From positions 1,230,001 to 1,262,000 of the forward strand of contig OZ252279.1 in NCBI GenBank assembly GCA_965250005.1: 32,000 bases of DNA, written 5' to 3'. Position numbers and translations under genes: made by a program. The DNA is from Demequinaceae bacterium. Lineage in GTDB: Bacteria > Actinomycetota > Actinomycetes > Actinomycetales > Demequinaceae. This document shows positions 23,546 through 31,674 of the stretch, piece by piece (position 1 is the stretch's first letter; each line of letters opens with the position of its first letter). The notes beneath the pieces are model-generated. The model searched no databases. It was not told where the DNA came from and saw only the letters and a program-made list of their open reading frames with translations.

Positions 23546-24937
23546 CTACTTGGAGGCAACTCGTTTTCGCGAGAACACGAGTCGCCAGACGTTGACCGCG
23601 ACGGCTCGCATCCTTCTGGGCTGCAGGTAGTCGATTGCCCTGTACCGCAGAATCGCAAGCGCCATCGGTCGCGCATAGAGGCTGAAGTCGCCTCGAGCAC
23701 GCGCCTCAGCGAAGGCCTCAAGTGAGAGCCGAGATAGCAGCCGACGCTGCCGAATCAGCGCCCGCCGGATGAGGGTGCTGCCCTTGTACGACGGTTCGAC
23801 GCGTTTGAGGGGCGCACCGAGGCCGGCGGCCACGTCATCCGCGAGCCGCACCTGGAGCCCATCCCGCCGATGGCGATAGTTGCCAGCCTGAGATTTCGCT
23901 GCGGCGGCGGGAGTAAGCACGTCCAAGGACACAGAACCAGTAGTCGCGCCGTCCTCGATCATCCGTGTCAGGTCATCGTTTCTACTCACGACGATGTTGG
24001 TGCCGCGCCACTCGTCAACGTATTCCGGAAGCCAAGCGTCGGCGAATGCAACGTCGGCTGTCTCCGCGAATACGTCATCGCAGTAGTTGCATGCGTTAGG
24101 CTGGAACGCGCCGTATCCCCAGTTGCCGTCGAGCGTTTCCGACATGGGCCGAACGATCGGTGTCGACTCGCCACGTTTGGTGACCGCGTAATTGTATTTG
24201 CTGGCAGGACCACTCTGGCTCTTGACGCGAAAATCTACGGCTTCAAGCTCGGTTGGAGCCACGTTCGCCTGCCACGCTAGCGACTCAGCGTAGAACTGAC
24301 TCTTCAGGTGGCCGCAAACCAACCCGAAGTAGTATTTCAGCTGCTCGTTGAGGACGTCGTCTTCTTCGGCAAGGAGCCGCGAAGCGCGAATGAAGCACGG
24401 CACTCCGACAAGCGCATAGCGCAGCCCGTCCCCGCGAATCTGCAACAAGACTTCTTCGAGCGACACTGACGAGTAATTGGACTTGCGGCTATTGGCGAGA
24501 TCTTCTTGGCTGCTCGACACCCGATACTCAAAATGCCCCTGGTCTGAGCGGCCAACATGCATCACGCCATCCACCTCGCCACGGGCAAGAAGCTCTCCAA
24601 GGAGCCACGACGTCATACCACCGGAGCTGCTTCCCAGAATCTGTTCGTCATTCGAAATTCTCCCGGCCCAGATTTCCCGGTAGTACCCCAATTCAGAATT
24701 ATGGTCGCTGCCTTCAAAGCGCGAGGCACCGAGACTGTCTTCGTTCTTCGACTCATCGCTAAACGGACACACGCGACTCGCGGCCGCTACGTCTTCATCG
24801 GTTGCTTGGTCGAGATTCGCTTCGTAGGTGCCTCGTCGACCGAGAGTGACACTGACAGCGCCGCCGGTTCGAACTGCGCAAGCCCCGCAACCGACGCACA
24901 TGGCTTGGCCGACTACCTGCTCGATTCCATGAGTCAT
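23546..24937 (-). CDS. FrhB-family protein (coenzyme F420 hydrogenase/dehydrogenase beta subunit-like, FeS/flavin binding)
   Basis: N-terminal Cys cluster CVGCGACAV ... RVCPF, followed by SSSGGMTSWL and an FrhB_C-like region. It lies immediately upstream of a pyruvyl transferase, a recurrent pairing in polysaccharide loci. ATG is preceded by TAGAGT-N6. Confidence 0.75.
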   Translation of the reverse strand: MTHGIEQVVGQAMCVGCGACAVRTGGAVSVTLGRRGTYEANLDQATDEDVAAASRVCPFSDESKNEDSLGASRFEGSDHNSELGYYREIWAGRISNDEQILGSSSGGMTSWLLGELLARGEVDGVMHVGRSDQGHFEYRVSSSQEDLANSRKSNYSSVSLEEVLLQIRGDGLRYALVGVPCFIRASRLLAEEDDVLNEQLKYYFGLVCGHLKSQFYAESLAWQANVAPTELEAVDFRVKSQSGPASKYNYAVTKRGESTPIVRPMSETLDGNWGYGAFQPNACNYCDDVFAETADVAFADAWLPEYVDEWRGTNIVVSRNDDLTRMIEDGATTGSVSLDVLTPAAAAKSQAGNYRHRRDGLQVRLADDVAAGLGAPLKRVEPSYKGSTLIRRALIRQRRLLSRLSLEAFAEARARGDFSLYARPMALAILRYRAIDYLQPRRMRAVAVNVWRLVFSRKRVASK

Positions 24938-24943
24938 GGGCTC

Positions 24944-24949
24944 ACTCTA
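24944..24949 (-). promoter_or_regulatory. candidate -10 hexamer TAGAGT, 6 nt upstream of ATG 24937 (leaderless FrhB-like gene)
   Basis: Minus-strand sequence is gctagagt-gagccc-ATG. Confidence 0.45.
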
Positions 24950-25036
24950 GCTCGTGACTGCGACCGCCGAGATTCGCCGATCAAGGTCGCCTGAAGGACT
25001 TCCCAACCGCGTCCGATCTGACTACCGGAAGCGGAA

Positions 25037-26122
25037 CTAGCTAGCCGCGACCGTACCGGTCGTGCCGTCAATACCCAGTGCCTCTGTTAGGAACATCGCG
25101 GAGGAGTCTCGCATCGCATCGAGCGCCTTGCTCACTGCACTCCAGTCGATTTCTTGGGAGTACAGCCGATCAATGGTCGCGGCGTCATAGTCGCGAAGGA
25201 TACGATCCTCCATTCCTACCGCCTCGAGGAGCGTGTCAAATCGCCCGTTCATCCCGTGTCCAACCCCTTCGACAGCGACAACAACGAATGGCCGCTGGAA
25301 GATCAGGCAGAAGACGACACCGTGGAATGAGTTCGTCACCACGAACTCAGCGTTCTTGAGGTGGAAGAGCCAGTCAAGCACTGAGATTGGCCCCCGCTCG
25401 TAGAGAGCCTCGCCTGCGAAGTGAGTAGTCGCCACGTAATCCCTGGCCTGGCGGGCAGTGTCCTGGCTCCGATGCAGGAGGTACGGGAAGAACCGATACG
25501 TCTCAGCGGGCTTATGATTGCCAATGAGTCGCTCGTAGTCGTCGGAACGCAAGAGCAAAGTGGGGTCCACCGCCACCTTCGCCGCTAGCCCCATCGACTC
25601 CACGATCGCTGCCCCAGATTCCTCGCGCACGCTGATCGCATTGAACTTGGCGAGTTCTGGCTGCGCTACTGCCGTCGTTTCGTCGCTCAGACTCTCAACG
25701 CCAAAGCTCGCGGCATAGGAGATCCGCTTCTTCTCGGGCGGCACGAAGTCCAATAAGTAACTCCGGGTCGGCCCACCCTCCGCATTAAGGGTGAACCACT
25801 CGTTCCAAATCTGATCGCTCCCACACACCAGCACGTCATAGTCGGCAGCAGCGTTGCCGAGCGAGGCTCTTGAACGATACCTCTTCGCGGATACCGCAAG
25901 GTGGCGCCGCCGGAAGGAGCGCATTTTGCGTTCGCGGGCGAAGTCCGTGAATGCCGTCTGCCTCAGCCGTTGGAGGAGCCGGATCGCGACCACACGAACA
26001 GGAACATAGTCGACGATTTCTGTCTCGAATCCTCGCCCGGACAAGAACTGCTGAAGAGCGTACGCCTGAATGATCGCACCGTAATTTGTCGCCCAATGAA
26101 ATGTAAGCGTGCCAATTCTCAC
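25037..26122 (-). CDS. polysaccharide pyruvyl transferase family protein (CsaB/WcaK-type)
   Basis: Has MRIGTLTFHWATNYGAIIQAYALQQFL N-terminus, and TNSFHGVVF near the C-terminus, typical of the PS_pyruv_trans family. GGGAGAAG Shine-Dalgarno lies upstream of GTG 26122. Confidence 0.8.
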   Translation of the reverse strand: MRIGTLTFHWATNYGAIIQAYALQQFLSGRGFETEIVDYVPVRVVAIRLLQRLRQTAFTDFARERKMRSFRRRHLAVSAKRYRSRASLGNAAADYDVLVCGSDQIWNEWFTLNAEGGPTRSYLLDFVPPEKKRISYAASFGVESLSDETTAVAQPELAKFNAISVREESGAAIVESMGLAAKVAVDPTLLLRSDDYERLIGNHKPAETYRFFPYLLHRSQDTARQARDYVATTHFAGEALYERGPISVLDWLFHLKNAEFVVTNSFHGVVFCLIFQRPFVVVAVEGVGHGMNGRFDTLLEAVGMEDRILRDYDAATIDRLYSQEIDWSAVSKALDAMRDSSAMFLTEALGIDGTTGTVAAS

Positions 26123-26341
26123 TCTTCTTCTCCCAACGCAAATAGGTTCGCGGAAAGTTCACCGATCACTACTCTGCCGATTCCGGTCCACGTCTGCAAG
26201 CGGCGCCTTGATGGGGCTGCCTTCGCCCATGACTATGCAGTTTTACCCGCCCGCGAGCTAGCGCCTCCGCAACCACCAACTTGCACCTGCGCGCACCTGC
26301 TCGACGTCGGGCTTCAAGACTGACGCGTGTCCCGTGGAATG

Positions 26342-26347
26342 TAGGCT
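26342..26347 (+). promoter_or_regulatory. candidate -10 hexamer TAGGCT, 6 nt upstream of ATG 26354 (leaderless fused ABC exporter)
   Basis: Sequence is aatgtaggct-ggcacc-ATG. This is the same TAGGCTGG as at menE. Confidence 0.45.
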
Positions 26348-26353
26348 GGCACC

Positions 26354-28162
26354 ATGTTTCCCACCATCAAGCGCACGCTCGAAACCATGCCCCGCGCAGA
26401 ACGTCGGCGCTTCAACGTGTTGCTAGTTGCGCGCTCGGCGACGGCGGTTTTCGACGTCATCGGAGTCCTCCTCATTGGGCTCATCGGCGCGACGGCTACC
26501 GGTGCATTGGACTCGGGTTCAGCAGGCCCAGTTGTCCTAGGTTTTGATGTCTTGTCTGTCGCCGACCCAGAGAATCTCCTCCCGCTCACCATGATCACCC
26601 TGGGTTTCTTCGTCACTAAGGCCATCCTGGCGGTCTGGCTCACGCGCGTTCACACCAAGTTCGTAGCGCGGGTCGAGAGCCGTACCGCAACCGACCTCAC
26701 CGAACGGATTCTGCACAGCAGTCTCTCTCAACTTGAAGCGTGGACGCGCTCCGAATTGACGTACAGCATTACGTATTCACTGAACGCAGCATTCACCCGC
26801 CTGCTCACCCACTACGCAACGCTTGTGACCGAGGGCTTTCTGCTCATCAGCATCGCTGCCGTGTTGCTGGTCATCAGCCCAGTAACTATGGCAATCGTCG
26901 TGGTCTACTTCGCCGCGCTTGGGTTCGTTATCCAAGCCTTCATCGGGGGCCGCCAACAAAGAGCCGGCATCGAGTTCGCTGATTCAACGGTCAAATCGAC
27001 TGACGCAATGACGGAATCCATCACGGCATACCGCGAAATCTTCACGCTCGGGCGCCAGGCCCGATTCGTGCAGAACTTCGGCAACACGCGACGTGACATG
27101 GCCGAGAGTGCGGGGGCGATCCAGTTTGTGATGGCGCTCCCGCGCTACATCGTTGAAATCGCCCTGCTCGTCGGTGCCGTCGCACTCATCGGAAGCCAAC
27201 TGGCGGCAAACGATCCGGCGACGGCAGCATCAATGCTGGGAGTCTTCCTCACCGCTGGAGTTCGCATCATGGCCTCCCTGCTTCCGCTGCAACGGGCTGC
27301 TGGCGGGATTCGCCAAGTTGCCGCGGAGTCCGCCCTCGCACACCGATTGCTCGCTGACTACGATCACGTGGAAGTCCCCGAGCGCGCGGACTCGCCCGAG
27401 CTCAACCCCGATGCGGGGGGGCTCGCGATCGAAGTCAGTGACGTAAATTTCACCTACGAAGCCTCCGCGACTCCGGCGTTGAACAAGGTGAACCTCACGG
27501 CAAGACCCGGCGAATATGTTGCCGTCATTGGTGCGTCCGGCGCTGGCAAGAGCACGCTCGCGGATCTCCTACTTGGCCTCCTCGCACCAGACTCAGGAGC
27601 AATCAAACTTGACGGAGCAACTCCCCGCCAACTCGACATGGACCGTCCCGGTTCTGTCGCCTACGTTCCACAAAATCCTGGACTGGTGAGCGGTTCGATC
27701 GCCGAGAACGTTGCGCTTGGCCACGCCCCCGAGGACATTGACTACGACCGCGTCGAGTGGGCGCTGGGCGAGGCCAGCCTCGCCGAGCACGTACGCGGAC
27801 TGGCCGACGGAGTGCAAACGTCAGTCGGCAAACAGACGAACGCGCTGAGCGGCGGCCAGGTTCAGCGACTCGGCCTTGCTCGCGCACTTTACGCTGAGCC
27901 GCGACTTCTCGTCCTTGACGAGGCAACGAGCGCACTCGATGCAGAATCTGAGTCCGTCGTTGGAGACTCGCTACGACGCCTGCACGGCAAGGTCACCCTG
28001 GTCGTCATCGCCCACCGCCTCTCAACGGTGCAGCATGCGGACACCGTCCATGTAATGGAGAACGGCAGAATCATCGCATCGGGTCCGTTCGCTCACCTGC
28101 TCAAGACTGTGCCCGTCGTGGCCCACTACGCCGAACTGATGTCGCTCGGGGAGAGCCCGTAG
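26354..28162 (+). CDS. fused ABC exporter (N-terminal 6-TM domain + C-terminal ATPase, MsbA/type I exporter-like)
   Basis: A TMD of about 330 aa is followed by Walker A GASGAGKST, signature LSGGQVQRLGLARAL, Walker B LLVLDEATSALD and an H-loop IAHR. Confidence 0.85.
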   Translation: MFPTIKRTLETMPRAERRRFNVLLVARSATAVFDVIGVLLIGLIGATATGALDSGSAGPVVLGFDVLSVADPENLLPLTMITLGFFVTKAILAVWLTRVHTKFVARVESRTATDLTERILHSSLSQLEAWTRSELTYSITYSLNAAFTRLLTHYATLVTEGFLLISIAAVLLVISPVTMAIVVVYFAALGFVIQAFIGGRQQRAGIEFADSTVKSTDAMTESITAYREIFTLGRQARFVQNFGNTRRDMAESAGAIQFVMALPRYIVEIALLVGAVALIGSQLAANDPATAASMLGVFLTAGVRIMASLLPLQRAAGGIRQVAAESALAHRLLADYDHVEVPERADSPELNPDAGGLAIEVSDVNFTYEASATPALNKVNLTARPGEYVAVIGASGAGKSTLADLLLGLLAPDSGAIKLDGATPRQLDMDRPGSVAYVPQNPGLVSGSIAENVALGHAPEDIDYDRVEWALGEASLAEHVRGLADGVQTSVGKQTNALSGGQVQRLGLARALYAEPRLLVLDEATSALDAESESVVGDSLRRLHGKVTLVVIAHRLSTVQHADTVHVMENGRIIASGPFAHLLKTVPVVAHYAELMSLGESP

Positions 28163-29325
28163 AACAGGAGTGACTTGCGGCGAATCACATCTTCGTCCAG
28201 CCGCGCAACCGCAACGCGGTGATTCGCCTCAGCAGCGTTGTCGACAAGCCGATCGTCCTCGAGGGCGCGACCCAAAGCGTCCGCGATCCCCGCCACATCG
28301 TCCGCTGCCACGATCATGCCGGTGGTGCCATGCACCACCCACTCGTCGGCGCAGGAGGTCCCCGTCTGAATCGGGAAACAGCCAACGACCATCGCTTCGA
28401 GCAGCGAGGTGCTGATGCCGTCCGAAAGGGAGATCCCCACGTACGCCCTGGCACGCGCGAAGAGCCCCATCATTTTCTGGTGGCTCAACGCCTTCTTGCG
28501 GTGCGCTGTGATATCGAGTCCGGTGCGCGATGCCACCTTGGTCGCGAGTCGCCTCGTCTTCGCATTCGCAGAGTACAGAACGATCTGGAACCCCGCGAGT
28601 GACGCGGCGACGCGTTCGACCGCTTGGAGGGCTATCGACGCCCGGCCAACCCATCCCTCGTACCCCTTAATCAAGATAACTTTCCTCGAGGAAGGTGGTG
28701 TAGACGCGCGCGCCAACTGTTCGGCGCTGAAACCGCCCGCGTTGGGAGATACCTCGAACGCATGTCCGGCGAAGCCAAACTCCATCGCCAGGCCAACGTC
28801 TCGACTGCATTCCGCCGAATAGAATTTCGCGGCTCGCATGAGCGCCGAAATGCGGCGCTCATGCCGCGGGTACTGACGAAACCAGTAGATGTCGCTTCCC
28901 CAATTTGTCGCGATGAGCGGCGGCCATGCTTGCGTCCGGCCTGCGTAGGCGCGCTCGGCAATATAGCCCGCGTGGTTGAGCTCGAGAGCGTGGACGTAGT
29001 CCGGGGCCACTCGACTCACGATGCGACGAAGCAGTGCGCCTCTGAGCCTGTCACCGAACAAAACATCCGCGCCCCATAGCGGAATCGACAGGAGCCCACG
29101 AAATGGGGCGATGCGGATCATTGCAGCGTTCTCCGGCGCTGCGATGAGCGCTCGGAGCCGCGGATGCACCGCACGATTCGGGGTCGACGGGAACAGCAAG
29201 AAGTCCACTGGTTGATTGCGAAACTGCTCAACCCAGCGGGCACTATGGATACTGTCGACCATGCACACGAGCACTACTTGAGTCCGGGAAGGCCCGCTCG
29301 CCCCGGCTCTGGGCTGGTCAGTCAT
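28126..29325 (-). CDS. GT-B fold glycosyltransferase (GT4-like)
   Basis: The C-terminal half (GISLSDGISTSLLEAMVVGCFPIQT ... GMIV) is GT1/GT4-like. The 3' end overlaps the convergent ABC gene by 37 nt. The start codon is uncertain because no Shine-Dalgarno or -10 element is visible before ATG 29325. Confidence 0.7.
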   Translation of the reverse strand: MTDQPRAGASGPSRTQVVLVCMVDSIHSARWVEQFRNQPVDFLLFPSTPNRAVHPRLRALIAAPENAAMIRIAPFRGLLSIPLWGADVLFGDRLRGALLRRIVSRVAPDYVHALELNHAGYIAERAYAGRTQAWPPLIATNWGSDIYWFRQYPRHERRISALMRAAKFYSAECSRDVGLAMEFGFAGHAFEVSPNAGGFSAEQLARASTPPSSRKVILIKGYEGWVGRASIALQAVERVAASLAGFQIVLYSANAKTRRLATKVASRTGLDITAHRKKALSHQKMMGLFARARAYVGISLSDGISTSLLEAMVVGCFPIQTGTSCADEWVVHGTTGMIVAADDVAGIADALGRALEDDRLVDNAAEANHRVAVARLDEDVIRRKSLLFYGLSPSDISSA

Positions 29326-29351
29326 CTAGCGGACTTGCACACGCGGAGCGG

Positions 29352-29366
29352 ACCATGATTCATGGT
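29352..29366. promoter_or_regulatory. perfect 15-nt palindrome ACCATGA-T-TCATGGT
   Basis: 7+1+7 inverted repeat in the 54-nt spacer between the DUF2304 stop (29380) and the GT start (29325). Confidence 0.4.
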
Positions 29367-29379
29367 AGCCCACACGGAT

Positions 29380-29742
29380 CTACCGCTTCTTGGGCTTGCT
29401 CTCGCGACCCTGCGCGTCTAGTTCTAGCAGTGCCAGTCGCTCGGTGAGAATCCTGAGCCGATCCTCAAGACGCGTCAATTCTCCGGAGTGCTGCACGCTG
29501 ACGAGGAACAGAACTGCGATCCCGCCAAAGAAGACAATGTTAAGCGGAATCGCCACCCCAGCTAGCTCAGCGACCGTCGCGAGCGCTCCGGGGAAGATCC
29601 CGAATCCGAGTGCCACAAGCGAAGCTGCAATCCACCATGCAGCGTGGCGCTCGCGCATCCGCCCACGTCGCAGCAAAACCACAACCGCGATCAGGATTGC
29701 CGCCGGTGCCGCGATCCCAAGAATGTAGGACGTCGTTGTCAT
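29380..29742 (-). CDS. DUF2304 small membrane protein
   Basis: 120 aa from ATG 29742 (MTTTSYILGIAAPAAILIAVVVLLRRGRMRERHAAWW), with 3-4 TM helices and a C-terminal coiled-coil-like LTRLEDRLRILTERLALLE. It is the usual downstream partner of a GT2 gene. Confidence 0.75.
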   Translation of the reverse strand: MTTTSYILGIAAPAAILIAVVVLLRRGRMRERHAAWWIAASLVALGFGIFPGALATVAELAGVAIPLNIVFFGGIAVLFLVSVQHSGELTRLEDRLRILTERLALLELDAQGRESKPKKR

Positions 29743-29755
29743 CAGGACTCTTCTT

Positions 29756-30490
29756 TCAATAGGACGACGGCGGGCGAGAAAGAGCGAACCCAAGCGCGAG
29801 TACCACTCTTGCGAGGTAGAAAGCCGCTTGCAGCGGACTCTGGGACGGCTCGCCCGCTGTTCGTGCGCGCATGGTTGCTGGCACCTGACGCACCGTCAAC
29901 CCAGCACGCACGGCAATCACCAGGGCCTCGACAGTATCGCCAAGGTACTCAGCGGGATAGTGGTCGGCAAACACCGCGATGGCGCGCGCATTCGACGCGC
30001 GGAAACCGGACGTCGTGTCAGTCAGGCGCGTTCCGGCCGTGCGGCTAAGCACCACAGCGAGCAACCGCATGGCCCACCAGCGTGGCCCACGAACATGGTA
30101 CTCGCCTTCTCCCGCGAACCGAGCGCCGATGACCACGTCGGCCGAATCAAGCCCCTCCAACAACGCAGGGACGCCCGCAGGGTCGTGCTGGCCGTCCGCG
30201 TCGACTTGGACGGCAACGTCATAGTTCTTCGCGAGGGCGTACTTGAAGCCCACACGCATGGCACCGCCAACGCCGAGGTTGTATGGCAACGACGCCACAA
30301 GCGCGCCGGCGCTGCGTGCCACGCCCGCCGTGTCGTCACTCGATCCATCGTCCACGACGAGCACTCCAGCGCGCGGTAGTTCGGCGCGGACCTCACGAAC
30401 AACGGCGCCGACAGAGGCGGCTTCGTTGAACGCGGGAATCACGACCAGCAGGCCCTCACTGGCGGTCGACGCGCTTCGACTTGAGCTCAT
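29756..30490 (-). CDS. family 2 glycosyltransferase (polyprenyl-phosphate sugar synthase/DPM1-GtrB-like)
   Basis: Contains VVIPAFNEAASV, VVDDGSSDDT and DADGQHDP (DxD) motifs. 244 aa, soluble GT-A type. Confidence 0.85.
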   Translation of the reverse strand: MSSSRSASTASEGLLVVIPAFNEAASVGAVVREVRAELPRAGVLVVDDGSSDDTAGVARSAGALVASLPYNLGVGGAMRVGFKYALAKNYDVAVQVDADGQHDPAGVPALLEGLDSADVVIGARFAGEGEYHVRGPRWWAMRLLAVVLSRTAGTRLTDTTSGFRASNARAIAVFADHYPAEYLGDTVEALVIAVRAGLTVRQVPATMRARTAGEPSQSPLQAAFYLARVVLALGFALSRPPSSY

Positions 30491-30553
30491 GACTCAGAAT
30501 TCTAGTGGTGCCGCCCCCGTGGCGAAGGCCAACGAATATACTGGGCGCGTTCG

Positions 30554-30567
30554 AAAAAGGGGGGGGG
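30554..30567 (+). repeat. A5G9 homopolymer tract in the Shine-Dalgarno/5' leader position of the CapF-like gene
   Basis: Sequence is tcg-aaaaa-ggggggggg-agccatcaa-ATG. The G9 run spans 30559-30567 and ends 9 nt before ATG 30577. TATACT at 30537-30542 is a plausible -10 element. Confidence 0.6.
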
Positions 30568-30576
30568 AGCCATCAA

Positions 30577-31665
30577 ATGACGCAGGTCGCGTTGACTGGG
30601 GATGGCGGATTCCTTCAGTGGCACACGCGGTGCTCCGCGCTTGCCTCGGGGCTCGACACGACAGCCACTTCCTTTGGAGAAGATTTCACAGAGTCGCGCG
30701 CGCTCAGCGCGATCGCCGGCGCATCAAGGCTGGTTCACATCGCCGGAGTTGACCAAACCGCAGGTGAGGCGGAGCGCGGCCCGGCCACCTTGCTCGCGGC
30801 TCTGGTCGGGAGCGCATTGGAGCACTCCGAGAACCCCCCGCCCCTTGTCGTCTTCGCTCGGTCCGTGAATGCTGACGGCCACTCAGTACTCGGTGCTACC
30901 GCGGACGACGCCGCCGCCATCCTGTCCGCTGCGGCGGACCGCTCGGGCGCAGGCTTTGTCGATGTTCCGCTGCCCAACGTGTTCGGCGAACACGGCACAC
31001 CCACCTCCGACTCGATGGTTTCCGCCCTCTGCCACCAGTTGGCGACCGGTGGCGATCCCAAGTTCAAGGTTGATCGAGAAATCACCTTGCTTCACGCCCA
31101 GGACGCAGCAGATGTACTGCTGGGCAACACCGCGACGCCAGATCCGTTTGAGACGCGCACAACAACCTTCGAAGTCTTAACTTTGCTTTCGGAAACTGCT
31201 GACGCAATCAATGCCGGCGACATGCCAATGACGACCTCGGAGTTCTCTCGGAACCTATTCCACACCTACGCTTCACTTGCCTACGAACTGGCGCCCACCA
31301 GTGCGCTTGAGAGACACTCGGACGCGCGCGGCTCACTCGTCGAACTCGTGCGCACGCACGGCGGAGCCAGCCAAACGTCGTTCTCCTCAACAGCGCCGGG
31401 CGAGTCTCGGGCGCGCCACTTTCACCGCCGGCGCATCGAGCGAATCGTTCCACTCAGCGGCACCGCAGTGATCTCGCTGCGCAAGCTGTTCACCGACCGC
31501 ATTACTGAGATTGTTGTGGATGCCGCGAAGCCCGTCGCGGTGCACATCCCGACCATGTGGGTGCACGACATCGTGAATCGCGGCCGGGAGGACTTCCTGC
31601 TCGCCTACTGGACCGATCGCCACTTTGACTCTTCTTCCGTCGACGCCTTCCCGGCCGAGGTATAG
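30577..31665 (+). CDS. CapF-like two-domain protein: degenerate SDR/Rossmann-like N-domain + cupin C-domain
   Basis: From memory it aligns with S. aureus CapF along its whole length (VHIAGV, PNVFGEH, ARGSLVELVRT, HFHRRRIERIVPLSG, C-terminal DAFPAEV). Start set at ATG 30577 (MTQVALTGDGGFLQ), matching the CapF N-terminus, with an A5G9 Shine-Dalgarno-like tract upstream. Confidence 0.7.
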   Translation: MTQVALTGDGGFLQWHTRCSALASGLDTTATSFGEDFTESRALSAIAGASRLVHIAGVDQTAGEAERGPATLLAALVGSALEHSENPPPLVVFARSVNADGHSVLGATADDAAAILSAAADRSGAGFVDVPLPNVFGEHGTPTSDSMVSALCHQLATGGDPKFKVDREITLLHAQDAADVLLGNTATPDPFETRTTTFEVLTLLSETADAINAGDMPMTTSEFSRNLFHTYASLAYELAPTSALERHSDARGSLVELVRTHGGASQTSFSSTAPGESRARHFHRRRIERIVPLSGTAVISLRKLFTDRITEIVVDAAKPVAVHIPTMWVHDIVNRGREDFLLAYWTDRHFDSSSVDAFPAEV

Positions 31666-31674
31666 GACCACATC

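Noticed and set aside
30505-30576. Upstream GTG 30505 as the start of the CapF-like gene (track ORF 30505..31665)
   Set aside because: The extra 24 residues (MVPPPWRRPTNILGAFEKGGGSHQ) precede what aligns to the very N-terminus of CapF-type proteins. The A5G9 tract fits better as a ribosome-binding region. This start is retained only as an alternative in the homopolymer finding.
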